Source of the DNA: Actinomycetota bacterium
GTDB lineage: Bacteria > Actinomycetota > Actinomycetes > Mycobacteriales > Mycobacteriaceae
DNA: 64,000 nt
NCBI GenBank assembly: GCA_036338755.1
Contig: JAYZBN010000007.1
Location: 3,702 to 67,701, forward strand
Reading direction: 5' to 3'
The notes beneath the pieces are model-generated. The model searched no databases, was not told the origin of the DNA, and was given only the letters and a program-made list of their open reading frames with translations. Shown one piece after another: positions 37,041-49,418 of the stretch. Each line of letters opens with the position of its first letter. Positions within the stretch are counted from its first letter, which is position 1. The position numbers and the translations under genes were made by a program.

Positions 37041-38012
37041 ATGAAATTTGTCGACGTCGACGGGGTCGGCCGGGTCAGCCGGATCGGCCTGGGCACCTGG
37101 CAGTTCGGTTCGCGCGAATGGGGTTACGGAGATAGCTACGCCGCCGGCGCAGCCGGCGACATCGTCCGCCGCGCCCTTGCCATGGGGGTGACGCTGTTCG
37201 ACACCGCCGAGGTTTACGGCCTGGGCAAGAGCGAGCGGATCCTGGGCGAAGCCCTCGGCGACAAGCGCGCGGACGTCGCGGTGGCCAGCAAGATCATGCC
37301 GGTCGCGCCCTTTCCCGCCGTGGTCAAGCAGCGCGCCCGCGCCAGCGCGCAGCGGCTGAGGCTGGACCGGATTCCGCTTTATCAGATTCACCAGCCCAAC
37401 CCGGTGGTGCCGGATTCGGTGATCATGCCGGGCATGCGCGACCTGCTGGAGCGCGGCAAGATCGGCGCGGCCGGCGTCTCGAACTATTCGCTGCAGCGCT
37501 GGCAGAAGGCCGACGCCGCGCTCGGGCGCCCGGTGATCAGCAACCAGGTGCACTTCTCGCTCGCCTTCCCGAAGGCGCTGAAGGACCTGGTGCCCTTCGC
37601 CGAGCGGGAGAACCGCATCGTGATCGCCTACAGCCCGCTGGCACAGGGCCTGCTCGGCGGCAAGTACGGCGTCGACAACCGCCCAGGCGGCGTGCGGGCG
37701 GTGAACGCGCTGTTCGGCACCGAAAACCTGCGCCGCGTCGAGCCGCTGCTGCAGCTGCTGCGCGACGTCGCCAAGGACGTGGACGCCAAGCCGGCGCAGG
37801 TGGCACTGGCCTGGTTGATCAGCTATCCGGGCGTCGTCGCGATTCCGGGCGCCTCCAGCGTCGAGCAGCTCGAGTTCAACGTCGCCGCCGCCGACATCGA
37901 ACTGCCCACCGCATCACGTGACGCGCTCACCGAGGCGGCCCTGGCCTTCCGGCCCACGTCGACGGCGCGTTTCCTCACCGACCTGGCCAAGGAGAAGCTC
38001 GGCCGCGGTTAA
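37041..38012 (+). CDS. Aldo/keto reductase
   Basis: GLGTWQFG..., FDTAEVYG, and typical AKR motifs. Start at MKFVDVDG. Confidence 0.9.
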   Translation: MKFVDVDGVGRVSRIGLGTWQFGSREWGYGDSYAAGAAGDIVRRALAMGVTLFDTAEVYGLGKSERILGEALGDKRADVAVASKIMPVAPFPAVVKQRARASAQRLRLDRIPLYQIHQPNPVVPDSVIMPGMRDLLERGKIGAAGVSNYSLQRWQKADAALGRPVISNQVHFSLAFPKALKDLVPFAERENRIVIAYSPLAQGLLGGKYGVDNRPGGVRAVNALFGTENLRRVEPLLQLLRDVAKDVDAKPAQVALAWLISYPGVVAIPGASSVEQLEFNVAAADIELPTASRDALTEAALAFRPTSTARFLTDLAKEKLGRG

Positions 38013-38788
38013 GACTGGTTGGCCTCGGCGAACGCGGCGGGGCTGGCCGGCGCCCCGCGCGCCACCACGAGCGGCATCGATGTCGAGGAGTTGGTGCGCA
38101 GGATGGTGTGGACGACGTCGACGAGGTCCTCGACCGGCATCAGCTTGCCGGGCATGCAGCCGCGCGCCGACCACAGCGGCACCGCTTTCATCGCGAGATC
38201 CATATCCCAGCCCTCGTTCATTCCGGTCTGACCGTCACCCTCTCCGCCCGCGCACTCCCCGACGATCAGGTTGGTGAAGCCGATGTCGGAGTGTTCGGCT
38301 CGCCACGCTTCGACGAGCCGCTCCAGGGCGGCCTTGCTGACGCCGTAGGCGCCCAGACCCGGCCACGGCGGCCCGAAGGTGCCGGCGTCGGAAGACAGGT
38401 ACACTGCCTTGCCGGCCGACGCGGTGAGGTAAGGCACCGCCGCGGCCGTCACCAACGATGCGCCGATGACGTTGGTGTCGAAGATGCGCCGCCACGTGTC
38501 GGCGTCGGTGTCCACCATGCGGACCAGCGGCCCCACCGCGGGTGTGTAGACGATGTTGTCGATGCCGCCGAGGGCGTCGGCGGCGTGGTCGATGGCCGAG
38601 CGGCAGGAGCCCTGGTCGGTGACATCGCATTCGACGGCGATCGCGTTCGGGCCGGCGTCCTTGGCCGCGGCTTCGATGCGCTCCCGGCGCCGGGCGAGTA
38701 GCGCGACCTGATCGCCGCGCTGCGCAAGACCGACGCCTATGCAGCGCCCCAACCCACTGGAGGCGCCGATGACCACTGTCCTTGACAT
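38009..38788 (-). CDS. Short-chain dehydrogenase/reductase
   Basis: VIGASSGLGRCIG Rossmann motif and YGVSKAA catalytic motif. Its 3' end overlaps the AKR 3' end by 4 nt. Confidence 0.85.
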   Translation of the reverse strand: MSRTVVIGASSGLGRCIGVGLAQRGDQVALLARRRERIEAAAKDAGPNAIAVECDVTDQGSCRSAIDHAADALGGIDNIVYTPAVGPLVRMVDTDADTWRRIFDTNVIGASLVTAAAVPYLTASAGKAVYLSSDAGTFGPPWPGLGAYGVSKAALERLVEAWRAEHSDIGFTNLIVGECAGGEGDGQTGMNEGWDMDLAMKAVPLWSARGCMPGKLMPVEDLVDVVHTILRTNSSTSMPLVVARGAPASPAAFAEANQS

Positions 38789-38880
38789 ATTCGCCCTCTC
38801 CTGTAACGACCGCGCTGCAGCCACAGCGTATCGGCAGGCGGCGCGTTACGTAACGTTCGGGCGGGTTTGTGTCAAGGTGG

Positions 38881-41031
<2,151 letters not shown>

Positions 41032-41123
41032 GGCGCAATCAATACCCTGCTTACCGGACCGTCAAACTGTGCGTCACGCCCGAAAGCGCCGCGACTTACT
41101 GGAAAGCCTTGGCGCATAGGAGA

Positions 41124-42305
41124 TCACGGCTTGAGTATGACCTTCACCGCACCGTCCTGCTTCTTCTGGAAGATGTCGTAGGCGTGCGGGGCCTCGCCGA
41201 GGGGTAGCACGTGGGTGGCGAAGCTGTCGACGCCGAGCGGGTCTTCGTCGGTCAGCAGCGGCATGATGTCGTCGACCCAGCGCTTCACGTTGGCCTGCCC
41301 CATCCGCAGCGTCACCTGCTTGTCGAACAGGGTGAGCATCGGCAACGGGTCGGCCATCCCGCCGTACACGCCGCTCAACGAGATCGTGCCGCCGCGCCGC
41401 ACGATGTCGATGGCGGAGTACAGGGCACTGAGGCGGTCCACGCCGGCGGTTTGCATGACCCGCTTGCCCAGCACATCGGGCAGCAACCCGGCAACCTGCT
41501 GTGCCAGTTTGGCCGCCGGCGAGCCGTGCGCCTCCATTCCCACCGCGTCGATGACGGAATCGGTTCCCCGCCCGTCGGTCAGGTCGCGGATCACGTCACC
41601 CAGCGGGGTTTCGAGCCGACTTGAATCGATGGTGTGGATACCGCGTTTCGCGGCGCGGGCGAGCCGCTCGGGCACCAGGTCGACGGCGATGACGCGGTAG
41701 CCCAGGTGATCGGCGATGCGCGCAGCCATGTCCCCGATGGGACCCAGCCCCAGCACGGTCACCGAGCCGCCATCCGGGACGTCGGCATAGGCCACCGCCT
41801 GCCATGCGGTCGGCAGCACGTCCGACAAGTAGACGAAGCGTGAATCCGGCGGTCCTACAGGAACTTTGATGTGGGTGAACTGGGCCTGCGGGACGCGCAG
41901 CAGCTCTGCCTGTCCGCCGGGGACTTCGCCGTAGAGCTCCGAATAGCCGAACAGGGCGGCGCCCATACCCTGATCGCGCACCTGGGTGGTCTCGCATTGG
42001 GTGAAGAGCTGTTGGTCGCACATATGGCAACTGCCGCAGGAGATTTGGAAGGGGATGACCACCCGGTCCCCCACCCGCAGGTCACCCGTTTGACCGCCGA
42101 CCTCCCGCACGATGCCCATGGCCTCGTGCCCGAGGATGTCCCCGGGGTTCATGAACGCCCCGAGAATCTCGTACAGGTGCAGGTCGGACCCGCAGATATT
42201 GGTCGAGGTGACTTCGATGATCGCGTCGGTAGATTGCTCGATCTTCGGATCGGGCACCGATTCCACCCGCACATCGCGTTTGCCGTGCCACGTGACAGCC
42301 TTCAT
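41124..42305 (-). CDS. Zinc-dependent alcohol/formaldehyde dehydrogenase (MDR family)
   Basis: MKAVTWHG..., CGSDLH, GHEAMG zinc ligands, and the structural-zinc Cys cluster CGSCHMCDQQLFTQC. Confidence 0.9.
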   Translation of the reverse strand: MKAVTWHGKRDVRVESVPDPKIEQSTDAIIEVTSTNICGSDLHLYEILGAFMNPGDILGHEAMGIVREVGGQTGDLRVGDRVVIPFQISCGSCHMCDQQLFTQCETTQVRDQGMGAALFGYSELYGEVPGGQAELLRVPQAQFTHIKVPVGPPDSRFVYLSDVLPTAWQAVAYADVPDGGSVTVLGLGPIGDMAARIADHLGYRVIAVDLVPERLARAAKRGIHTIDSSRLETPLGDVIRDLTDGRGTDSVIDAVGMEAHGSPAAKLAQQVAGLLPDVLGKRVMQTAGVDRLSALYSAIDIVRRGGTISLSGVYGGMADPLPMLTLFDKQVTLRMGQANVKRWVDDIMPLLTDEDPLGVDSFATHVLPLGEAPHAYDIFQKKQDGAVKVILKP

Positions 42306-42367
42306 GGGAGGGCGATACCCGTCTCGCACCCGTCGAAACCGCTTTGCCACCGCTGTCGCGAATGGCT

Positions 42368-43075
42368 TTAACCGCGGCGGTGTTTGAGGGGATGTTCGCT
42401 GTCGATGAGGGCGGCCGCGACATCCACCAGCCGGATGTTGGATTGCTGCGAAAGCCGGGTGAGCAGCCCGAAGGCTTCGACGGAATCGAGGTTGAAGCGC
42501 TCCATGATGACGCCCTTGGCCTGCCCGATGATGTCACGCGTGGCCAGGGCGCTGCGAAATTGGTCCTGACGGCGCATCATCGTCCAGGCCAAGGCGATAT
42601 GGGTGGCATACACCGTGCCCAGCTCCACTGACTCACCACCGAATGCGCGCGGAGCGTCGGCGTAGAAGTTCAGCGCTGCCATGCTGCTGCCGTCGACGAA
42701 CAGCTCATAGGACAGGATGGAACGGATCGGGGTCTGCTCGAGCGCATGCCGCCGGTAGCGCGGCCAGCGCTGTTCGGCGTCCAGGTCGGCGATATGCATG
42801 ATGTGGTGTTCCCAGGCCGCGGCCAGGCACGGCCCCTCGCCGTACCTGTTCTGAATCGCGTCAAGAACCATCGGGTAGTGATGCGTGGCGGCCACGCTGC
42901 TGACCGACCGGCTCTTCTCGGCCAACGTGATTCCCGCATACTTGGCGCCGGTCACGTGGTCGACGCCGTTATCGATCAGCTCGTGCAGCCCGGCCGCGGT
43001 ATCGCCGTTCTCCCGCTCCAGGTTCGTCACCAGCTCCACAAGCTGATTGACGATGGTGGCGCGTCCATCTCGCAT
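42368..43075 (-). CDS. GAF-ANTAR RNA-binding regulator
   Basis: N-terminal GAF-like domain. C-terminal ANTAR motif IIGQAKGVIMERFNLDSVEAFGLLTRLSQQSNIRL. Confidence 0.85.
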   Translation of the reverse strand: MRDGRATIVNQLVELVTNLERENGDTAAGLHELIDNGVDHVTGAKYAGITLAEKSRSVSSVAATHHYPMVLDAIQNRYGEGPCLAAAWEHHIMHIADLDAEQRWPRYRRHALEQTPIRSILSYELFVDGSSMAALNFYADAPRAFGGESVELGTVYATHIALAWTMMRRQDQFRSALATRDIIGQAKGVIMERFNLDSVEAFGLLTRLSQQSNIRLVDVAAALIDSEHPLKHRRG

Positions 43076-43343
43076 CGAACATCACCCCCTCGGGCCTGTC
43101 GGGCCGCAGAGCCCCTTCTCGCAGAGGTCAGAGTGGCATTGACAAGTGTATGAGCCATTTAGCGAAGCGCAAGGCCGGACAACGAATGCCCATCAAGCGA
43201 TGACCGCGCACGCAGCGCACAGAGGGGCTTCGGTGCGAAGGTAGCATCAAAAACTGCCCCGCACAACGTCTTTCGCGTCGACCGCGAGCGCGGGATCAAG
43301 GGGCACCGCGCCGGTCCCCCGACGGCCGCCTACACTCGGCTGG

Positions 43344-44654
43344 GTGACCTCCATTGTGATCGTGGGAAGCGGCTTCACCGGATTCACCTGCGCCCGTCGC
43401 CTGGCCAAAATTCTGCGGCGGCGGCGCGCCCCGGTCGACATCACGATAATCTCGCCGGTCGACTACATGCTCTACACGCCACTGCTACCCGATGTCGCCG
43501 GTGGTGTCGTCGATGCCCGCTTTGTCGCTGTGCCACTGGCCAATTCGCTCAAGGGTGTCCGCGCTGTGCGTGGACGCGTGGACGCTGTGGACTTCGCCCG
43601 GCACACGCTGACCTATTGCGATCCCGAAGAGCGCAGCCATTCCATGTCCTGGGATCGTTTGGTGCTGACGCCCGGTTCGGTGACGCGGTTGTTCGACGTA
43701 CCGGGGCTCGCCAGGCACGCGCGCGGGCTGAAGACCACTGCCGAAGCCCTCTATCTGCGAGACCATTTCGTGGAACAACTGGAGCTGGCCAACATCGAAG
43801 ACGATGCCCGGATGGCCGCCGCCCGGCGCACCGTCGTGGTGGTCGGCGCGTCGTATTCGGGCACCGAGCTGGTGGCGCAGCTGCGCGCTCTGGCCGATGC
43901 CGCGGCCAAGCAGATGGGTTTCAACCCCGCCGAGGTGCGGTTCTTGCTGCTGGACCTGGCCGACCAAGTGATGCCCGAGGTGGGGAAGAAGTTGGGTGAC
44001 GCCGCGCTCAAGGTGCTACGTAAGCGCGGCATCGACGTTCGGCTCGGCATCACCCTCAAGGAGGCGCACGCTGATCACGTTGTGCTCAGCGATGATTCGC
44101 GCATCGAGACACGCACGATCGCGTGGGTGACGGGGGTAGTCGGCGCGCCGTTGATTCAGAACCTGGGGCTACCGACGGAGAAAGGCCGGCTCACCGTGCA
44201 GCCCGATCTGCAGGTGCCCGATCACCCCGACGTCTTCGCGGCCGGTGACGCGGCCGCGGTGCCCGACTTGACCCAACCGGGAAAGGTCACGCCGCCGACC
44301 GCCCAACACGCGACCCGGCAGGGCAAGGCGCTGGCCCGCAATGTCGCGGCTAGCCTCGGTTACGGCAGCAGCAAGGAGTACAAGCACCGCAACCTCGGCC
44401 TGGTCGTCGACCTCGGACCGCGCTACGCGGTGGCCAACCCGCTCAACATCCACTTGTCCGGATTGCCCGCCAAGGCCGTCACCAGGTCGTACCACTTGTA
44501 CGCGATTCCACGCGGCGTCAATCGGTGGGCGGTGTCACTGGCGTACTTGACCGACTTGCTGTTCACCCGCTCGGTCGTTTCGATCGGGTTGTCCTCGGAG
44601 GACGACGCGCAATTCACCGCCAGCGAGGGCATCCCCATGCCCAAGACGAGTTGA
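43344..44654 (+). CDS. Type II NADH dehydrogenase-like FAD-dependent oxidoreductase
   Basis: IVIVGSGFTG and VVVVGASYSGTE dinucleotide folds, and FAAGDAA. GTG start. Confidence 0.85.
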   Translation: MTSIVIVGSGFTGFTCARRLAKILRRRRAPVDITIISPVDYMLYTPLLPDVAGGVVDARFVAVPLANSLKGVRAVRGRVDAVDFARHTLTYCDPEERSHSMSWDRLVLTPGSVTRLFDVPGLARHARGLKTTAEALYLRDHFVEQLELANIEDDARMAAARRTVVVVGASYSGTELVAQLRALADAAAKQMGFNPAEVRFLLLDLADQVMPEVGKKLGDAALKVLRKRGIDVRLGITLKEAHADHVVLSDDSRIETRTIAWVTGVVGAPLIQNLGLPTEKGRLTVQPDLQVPDHPDVFAAGDAAAVPDLTQPGKVTPPTAQHATRQGKALARNVAASLGYGSSKEYKHRNLGLVVDLGPRYAVANPLNIHLSGLPAKAVTRSYHLYAIPRGVNRWAVSLAYLTDLLFTRSVVSIGLSSEDDAQFTASEGIPMPKTS

Positions 44655-44665
44655 CTCGACCGGCG

Positions 44666-45202
44666 TCAGCCTTCGGCCGACTGTTGCGCCATCGCGTAGG
44701 CGAGTTGAAGGAAGTCCGCGCCGGCCAGTGCGGTGAACACCCCGGCGACGAGCCGGGTGAACCTGGGTGCGAAAACCAGGCCGATGGCGAATCCCGTGGC
44801 GACCCACATGTCCAGGCAGAAGGGGCAGGTGAGCAACTCGCCCAAGCTGTGCCGGAGCTGACTCTGGTCGCGGGCCTCTTCCTGGACTTCCGCCGGTCCG
44901 CCCGTGCCCGCGTAGTGCGTGAAGGGCGCTCGCAGCGGGCTCGTCACCGCGTCCTTGGTCAAGGTGCGCGACAGCTTGTGGGTGCCCAGGGTGAGCAGGA
45001 CGAGGTCCTGGACCCGCCACCGGGTCGGAAGTGTGCGCCCGCTGGCCAGCGCGGCCAGCACCGCAAAGACCACTACGACGCCATAGACGAACATCACCGC
45101 CAGGTAGCCGCCCAGTGGCCGGTCGTTGTCGCCCCGGTAGGCATCGGCTTCCTGCCGCGCGCTGCTGGCGACCTGGGCACCGGTATCCGTCAACTCACCC
45201 AT
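44666..45202 (-). CDS. DUF1360 membrane protein
   Basis: Family-typical KLSRTLTKDAVTSPLRAPF and CPFCLDMW motifs, with TM helices. Confidence 0.75.
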   Translation of the reverse strand: MGELTDTGAQVASSARQEADAYRGDNDRPLGGYLAVMFVYGVVVVFAVLAALASGRTLPTRWRVQDLVLLTLGTHKLSRTLTKDAVTSPLRAPFTHYAGTGGPAEVQEEARDQSQLRHSLGELLTCPFCLDMWVATGFAIGLVFAPRFTRLVAGVFTALAGADFLQLAYAMAQQSAEG

Positions 45203-45265
45203 CGCTTCTCCTCAAAGGCATAGCGGGTTGGGTACCCGGCGTCGGCCGGCGCAATCCGGAACGGC

Positions 45266-45634
45266 TCAGGCTGTGTCCGGTTCGACGGCGTTGGTCCTTT
45301 TTGCGGCTTCCCGCAAGGTGCGGTTGGTGGACCGCAGGTCGGTGTTGGCCGCCGACAGCGTGGCGTTGTGATCTTCCAGGTCGAGGATGCGCGCGACGCC
45401 CGCCAGGTTGACCCCGGAGTCGACCAGCTCACTGATGCGTCTGAGCCGCATCAGGTCGTCGGCGCTATACCGGCGGGTGCCGCCTTCGCTGCGGGCGGGT
45501 GTGATCAAGCCGTAGCGCTCGTAGAGCCGCAATGACTGCACCGCGATCCCGGACAATTCGGCGGCCACCGAGATGCCGTACACACCATGGTCGGACGAGG
45601 GGGCACCCGCGTCGCCGCGGTAGTCGGCCATCAC
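45266..45634 (-). CDS. MerR-family transcriptional regulator (HspR-like)
   Basis: HTH YGISVAAELSGIAVQSLRLYERYGLITPARSEGGTRRYS. Diverges from the Hsp20 gene. Confidence 0.85.
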   Translation of the reverse strand: MMADYRGDAGAPSSDHGVYGISVAAELSGIAVQSLRLYERYGLITPARSEGGTRRYSADDLMRLRRISELVDSGVNLAGVARILDLEDHNATLSAANTDLRSTNRTLREAAKRTNAVEPDTA

Positions 45635-45669
45635 CCATCTCCTTCAACTACCCGCACAAAAAATCTATC

Positions 45670-45728
45670 TAGCACACTTGCATCATTCTGTCGAGAGTGC
45701 TATATGAAATCTATGTCATTAGACATAG
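45670..45728 (+). promoter_or_regulatory. hsp18 promoter/operator region
   Basis: TTGCAT (45678-83), a 17-nt spacer, then TATATG (45701-06). Dyad TAGCAC-N21-GTGCTA (45670-45702) spans the -35/-10 elements. Perfect dyad CTATGTC-ATTA-GACATAG lies at 45711-28. The region is strikingly AT-rich. Confidence 0.45.
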
Positions 45729-45764
45729 GAAATTGCCGACCCACCGCCTAGATTGGAGTGAGAG

Positions 45765-46223
45765 GTGACCACCATGCTGATGCGTTCAGATCCGTTCCGT
45801 GAGCTCGACCGCTTCGCTCACCAAGTCCTCGGCACTGCCGCCCGGCCGGCAGTGATGCCGATGGACGCCTGGCGCGAAGGCGAGAAATTCGTCGTCGAGT
45901 TCGACCTGCCCGGCATCGATGTCGACTCGCTGGACATCGACATCGAGCGCAATGTGGTGACCGTGCGCGCCGAACGGCCGGCCGTCGATCCCAACCGCGA
46001 GATGCTGGCCACCGAGCGGCCGCGCGGCGTCTTCAGCCGCCAGCTGGTGCTCGGCGAGAATCTCGATACCGAAAAGATCGAGGCCTCCTACGCCGAAGGC
46101 GTTCTGCGCCTGCATGTTCCGGTGGCCGAGAAGGCGAAGCCGCGCAAGATCACGGTCGGCCGCGGGGACACGCCGCGGGCCGTCCGGGACAGCGCCGGCG
46201 AGCGCGAGGTCATCAACGCCTGA
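45765..46223 (+). CDS. hsp18: Hsp20/alpha-crystallin small heat-shock protein (18-kDa antigen type)
   Basis: [21 protein letters not shown]...[21 protein letters not shown] is nearly collinear with the M. leprae 18-kDa antigen as I recall it. The true start may be the ATG at 45774. Confidence 0.9.
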   Translation: MTTMLMRSDPFRELDRFAHQVLGTAARPAVMPMDAWREGEKFVVEFDLPGIDVDSLDIDIERNVVTVRAERPAVDPNREMLATERPRGVFSRQLVLGENLDTEKIEASYAEGVLRLHVPVAEKAKPRKITVGRGDTPRAVRDSAGEREVINA

Positions 46224-46329
46224 CCGACCGGCGGCCCGGGCGGCGGTCAACTCCCCCGACCACCGCCCGCCGCCGGCCCCGGACCACCGGTGCGGACGTC
46301 TCGCCCGGCGCCAGGAAGACCGAATCCAG

Positions 46330-47013
46330 ATGAAATGGGAACTCGATGGCCAGACGGCCAACGTCGAACGGGCGTTGGCCGGCGGCGCCGCACAACCGGC
46401 GGGCTGGTTTCGGTTCTACTTCACCGACCAACGCTGGGAATGGTCGGAACAAGTGCAACGCATGCACGGGTATGAGCCCGGCAGCGTCACTCCGACCACC
46501 GATCTGGTGCTCTCGCACAAGCATCCCGAAGACCGCGGGCATGTCGCGGCCACCATCGATCAAATAGTCCATACGCACCAGGCGTTCAGCACTCGGCATC
46601 GCATCGTCGACACCCGGGGAAATGTGCGCCACGTCGTCGTCGTCGGCGACCGGATCTTCGACGACGACGGTGACGTGATCGGAACGCACGGGTTTTACAT
46701 CGACGTCTCGGGACCGCGCGAGCGATCGCGCGAGGACGAGATGAGCGCGAAAATCGCTGAAATCAGCGAGAATCGGGCCGCCATCGAACAGGCCAAGGGC
46801 ATGCTGATGCTGATCTACGGCCTCAGCGAAAGCGCGGCGTTCGATTTGCTCAGGTGGCTGTCCCAGGAAGCGAATGTCAAGCTGCGACCGCTGGCCGAGC
46901 AGATTGCCGAAGACTTCCGCCGAGCCGGCCTGCCGCTGAACACGCAGTCGCAATTCGATCACCTGATGCTGACCGCGCATGAGCGCGTCCACCCGTCCGC
47001 CGACCACGAGTAA
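46330..47013 (+). CDS. PAS-ANTAR RNA-binding regulator
   Basis: PAS-like N-terminus (WEWSEQVQRMHGYEPG...HPEDR). ANTAR motif IEQAKGMLMLIYGLSESAAFDLLRWLSQEANVKL. Confidence 0.85.
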   Translation: MKWELDGQTANVERALAGGAAQPAGWFRFYFTDQRWEWSEQVQRMHGYEPGSVTPTTDLVLSHKHPEDRGHVAATIDQIVHTHQAFSTRHRIVDTRGNVRHVVVVGDRIFDDDGDVIGTHGFYIDVSGPRERSREDEMSAKIAEISENRAAIEQAKGMLMLIYGLSESAAFDLLRWLSQEANVKLRPLAEQIAEDFRRAGLPLNTQSQFDHLMLTAHERVHPSADHE

Positions 47014-47040
47014 AACTTTGGCGGGCAACGCCGTTGGCCC

Positions 47041-48753
47041 TCAGTGGTCGATCAGCGGGGCGACCCAGTGGACCCGGGTGCCGCCGCCGGGCGCACTGGT
47101 GATCTCACAAGTGCCGCCGAGTTGTTCGGCGCGCCGCTTCATGTTGGCCAAGCCGCTGTGCCGCGTGTTGCCGGCCGGTATGCCGCATCCGTCGTCGACC
47201 ACGTCCAGGGTGAAGGTGTCCGCGACGCTGACGTCGACGGTCAGCCGCGACGCGCCCGCATGACGCAGGGCATTGCTGACGGCTTCGGTGGCGACGGCTT
47301 CGGCGTGGTCGGCCAGTTCGGTACCGATGGCGGTCGTCGGCCCGTCCAGGCGCACGGTGGCGACGAGATCACGGTTTTCGGTCAGGTCGGCCACCACCCG
47401 CTGGATGCGCCGGCGGAAATCACCGCTCGCGGCGATCGGGTCCTTGAGCGCGAAGATCGTCGTGCGGATTTCCTCGATGATGGTCTGCAGATCGTCGAGC
47501 GTGCGATTGAGCCGCTCGGCCACTTCGGGCGAACGCGCCCTTGCCAGCGTGCCTTGCAAGTTCATCCCGGCCGCGAAGAGGCGTTGAATGACGTGGTCGT
47601 GCAGGTCATGGGCGATGCGTTCGCGCTCAGCCAGGATGGCCAACTGCCGCGCGTCCTCGCGTGCCGACGCCAGCACCAGCGCGATGGCGGCATGCGTGGC
47701 GAAATCGCTGACCAGGTCCAGATAGCTCTCGTTGAACGGCGGCTGCTCGGCGCCGCGGGCGATCGCGATCACCCCGACGACCTCGTCGCGGGCGCGTAGC
47801 GGCATCACGATCGCCGGGCGCTGCCCGACGTCGGTGAAGGCCTGGATCGGGTACTGCAATTCCTCGGTGATCAGCGGTTCGCCGGATCGGTACACGGCGC
47901 CGCTGGTGGAGCCGTCCACCGGAACCCGTTGACCGAGCACATCGGAGGCGTGCAAACCCACCGCAGCGGAGACCACCAGCGTGTCGGCATCGTCGTCGGC
48001 CGCGTCGGCGTCGGCCGGCACCAGCACGATGGCCTGTTCGGCGCCGGTCAACACGCGCGCGCGTTCGGCGATCAGTTGCAGGGGGCGGTGGTGCGGTTCG
48101 GAACGTGACAACAGCGCGGTGGTGATCTCGCGGCTGGCCTCCATCCACTTCACCGATGTCCGTTCGCGTTCGAAGACCTGCGCATTGTCGATGGCGACGG
48201 CGGCCGCGAACGCCAACGCGCGGGCGGCAACCTCGTCGGACTCGGAGAACACCCGCTTTGGATCGGTGTGGGTGAGATACAGGTTGCCGAACACGGTGTC
48301 GCGGATGGTGATCGGAACCGCGAGGAAGGCACGCATTCTCGGATGGTGCTCGGGAAAACCGACGGCGGCGCGGTGCGTCGTCAGATCGTCCATCCGCAGC
48401 GCGGGCGTGTCCAGCAGTGACAAGCTCAACAGACCCCTGCCGACCGGCAGGTGCCCGATGCGCGAAACCGTCTCGGCGTCCATGCCCTCGTGGACAAACG
48501 ACTTCAAGTTGCCGTCGCGATCGCGGATAGCCAGCGCGCCGTATTGTGCGGAGGTCAAATCCCTTGCCGCACTGAGGGTCCGATGCAGAGTGGCGTCGCG
48601 ATCGAGGCCCGCGCCGATCTCGACGATGACCCGAAGCAATCGCTCCATCTGATCGCGCGCGTCCAGCAACTCGTCGAGCTGGGCGTGCATCTTGGTGACC
48701 AGCCCGCGCTGCCCGAAATCCGTGGACCCCGAGCCGTTTTCGCCGCCGGTCAC
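47041..48753 (-). CDS. devS: Tandem-GAF heme sensor histidine kinase of the DevS/DosT type
   Basis: GAF-A block [39 protein letters not shown]...[17 protein letters not shown] parallels DevS. HisKA_3 ([16 protein letters not shown]) and HATPase domains follow. The GTG start overlaps the devR stop codon (GTGA). Confidence 0.85.
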   Translation of the reverse strand: MTGGENGSGSTDFGQRGLVTKMHAQLDELLDARDQMERLLRVIVEIGAGLDRDATLHRTLSAARDLTSAQYGALAIRDRDGNLKSFVHEGMDAETVSRIGHLPVGRGLLSLSLLDTPALRMDDLTTHRAAVGFPEHHPRMRAFLAVPITIRDTVFGNLYLTHTDPKRVFSESDEVAARALAFAAAVAIDNAQVFERERTSVKWMEASREITTALLSRSEPHHRPLQLIAERARVLTGAEQAIVLVPADADAADDDADTLVVSAAVGLHASDVLGQRVPVDGSTSGAVYRSGEPLITEELQYPIQAFTDVGQRPAIVMPLRARDEVVGVIAIARGAEQPPFNESYLDLVSDFATHAAIALVLASAREDARQLAILAERERIAHDLHDHVIQRLFAAGMNLQGTLARARSPEVAERLNRTLDDLQTIIEEIRTTIFALKDPIAASGDFRRRIQRVVADLTENRDLVATVRLDGPTTAIGTELADHAEAVATEAVSNALRHAGASRLTVDVSVADTFTLDVVDDGCGIPAGNTRHSGLANMKRRAEQLGGTCEITSAPGGGTRVHWVAPLIDH

Positions 48754-49418
48754 CCCGACCAGTCCGGCGCTGTCGATGATGGGCCGGCCCGCTGATTCAG
48801 TTTCGAAGCGAACACCGCGGCCTGGGTGCGGCGCTCCATGCCGAGTTTGGCCAACAACCGCGAGACGTAGTTCTTCACCGTCTTCTCCGCGAGGAACATC
48901 CGCGCGGCGATCTGCCGGTTGGTCAATCCCTCGCTGAGCAGTCCGAGCAGCGTTCGCTCCTGCTCGGTCAGCCCGGACAGCGGGTCGTCGCGCGCGGTCG
49001 TACCCCGCAGCTTTGCCATCAGCGCCGCGGCCGCCCGGTTGTCCAGCAGCGATTTACCGGCGCCCACCTCTTTGATCGCGTGGGCCAGCTCCATGCCCTT
49101 GATGTCTTTGACGACGAACCCGCTGGCGCCGGCCAGGATCGCCTCGAGCATCGCCTCGTCGGAGGTGAACGACGTCAACATCAGGCAGCGTAGGTCGGGA
49201 TGATCCGACACCAGGTCGCGACACAGTTCGATGCCGTTGCCATCGGGCAGACGAACGTCGAGGACGGCGACGTCGGGCGACAGCGCCGGTATCCGCGCTT
49301 TCGCCTCCGCCACCGTGCCGGCCTCGCCGACGATCTGGAGATCGGGGTCGGAAGCGAGCAGATCGGAAAGACCGCGGCGGACGACTTCGTGGTCGTCGAC
49401 CAGGAACACCTTGACCAT
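48750..49418 (-). CDS. devR: Dormancy survival response regulator (NarL/LuxR family)
   Basis: Long runs identical to M. tuberculosis DevR/DosR as I remember it: [95 protein letters not shown]. Confidence 0.92.
   Translation of the reverse strand: MVKVFLVDDHEVVRRGLSDLLASDPDLQIVGEAGTVAEAKARIPALSPDVAVLDVRLPDGNGIELCRDLVSDHPDLRCLMLTSFTSDEAMLEAILAGASGFVVKDIKGMELAHAIKEVGAGKSLLDNRAAAALMAKLRGTTARDDPLSGLTEQERTLLGLLSEGLTNRQIAARMFLAEKTVKNYVSRLLAKLGMERRTQAAVFASKLNQRAGPSSTAPDWSG

Noticed and set aside
43076-43343. ANTAR-target dual hairpin or riboswitch in the 268-bp NDH-2 / GAF-ANTAR divergent region
   Set aside because: Only generic GC-rich hairpins are present (for example CGCAC-N12-GTGCG). No tandem hexaloop hairpins with the A-x-x-G pattern could be identified by eye, so a covariance-model search is needed.
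45676-45700. HspR operator (HAIR, CTTGAGT-N7-ACTCAAG) upstream of hsp18
   Set aside because: CTTGCAT-N7-TCGAGAG matches only about 5 of 7 and 3 of 7 positions in the two half-sites, too poor to call HAIR. The other dyads in the region are reported instead.
45765-46223. Calling the Hsp20 gene hspX/acr (a DosR regulon member) because it lies near devRS
   Set aside because: The sequence follows the 18-kDa-antigen (Hsp18) lineage rather than HspX. No DosR-box-like GGGAC...GTCCC motif is visible upstream, and a MerR-type regulator is the obvious local controller.
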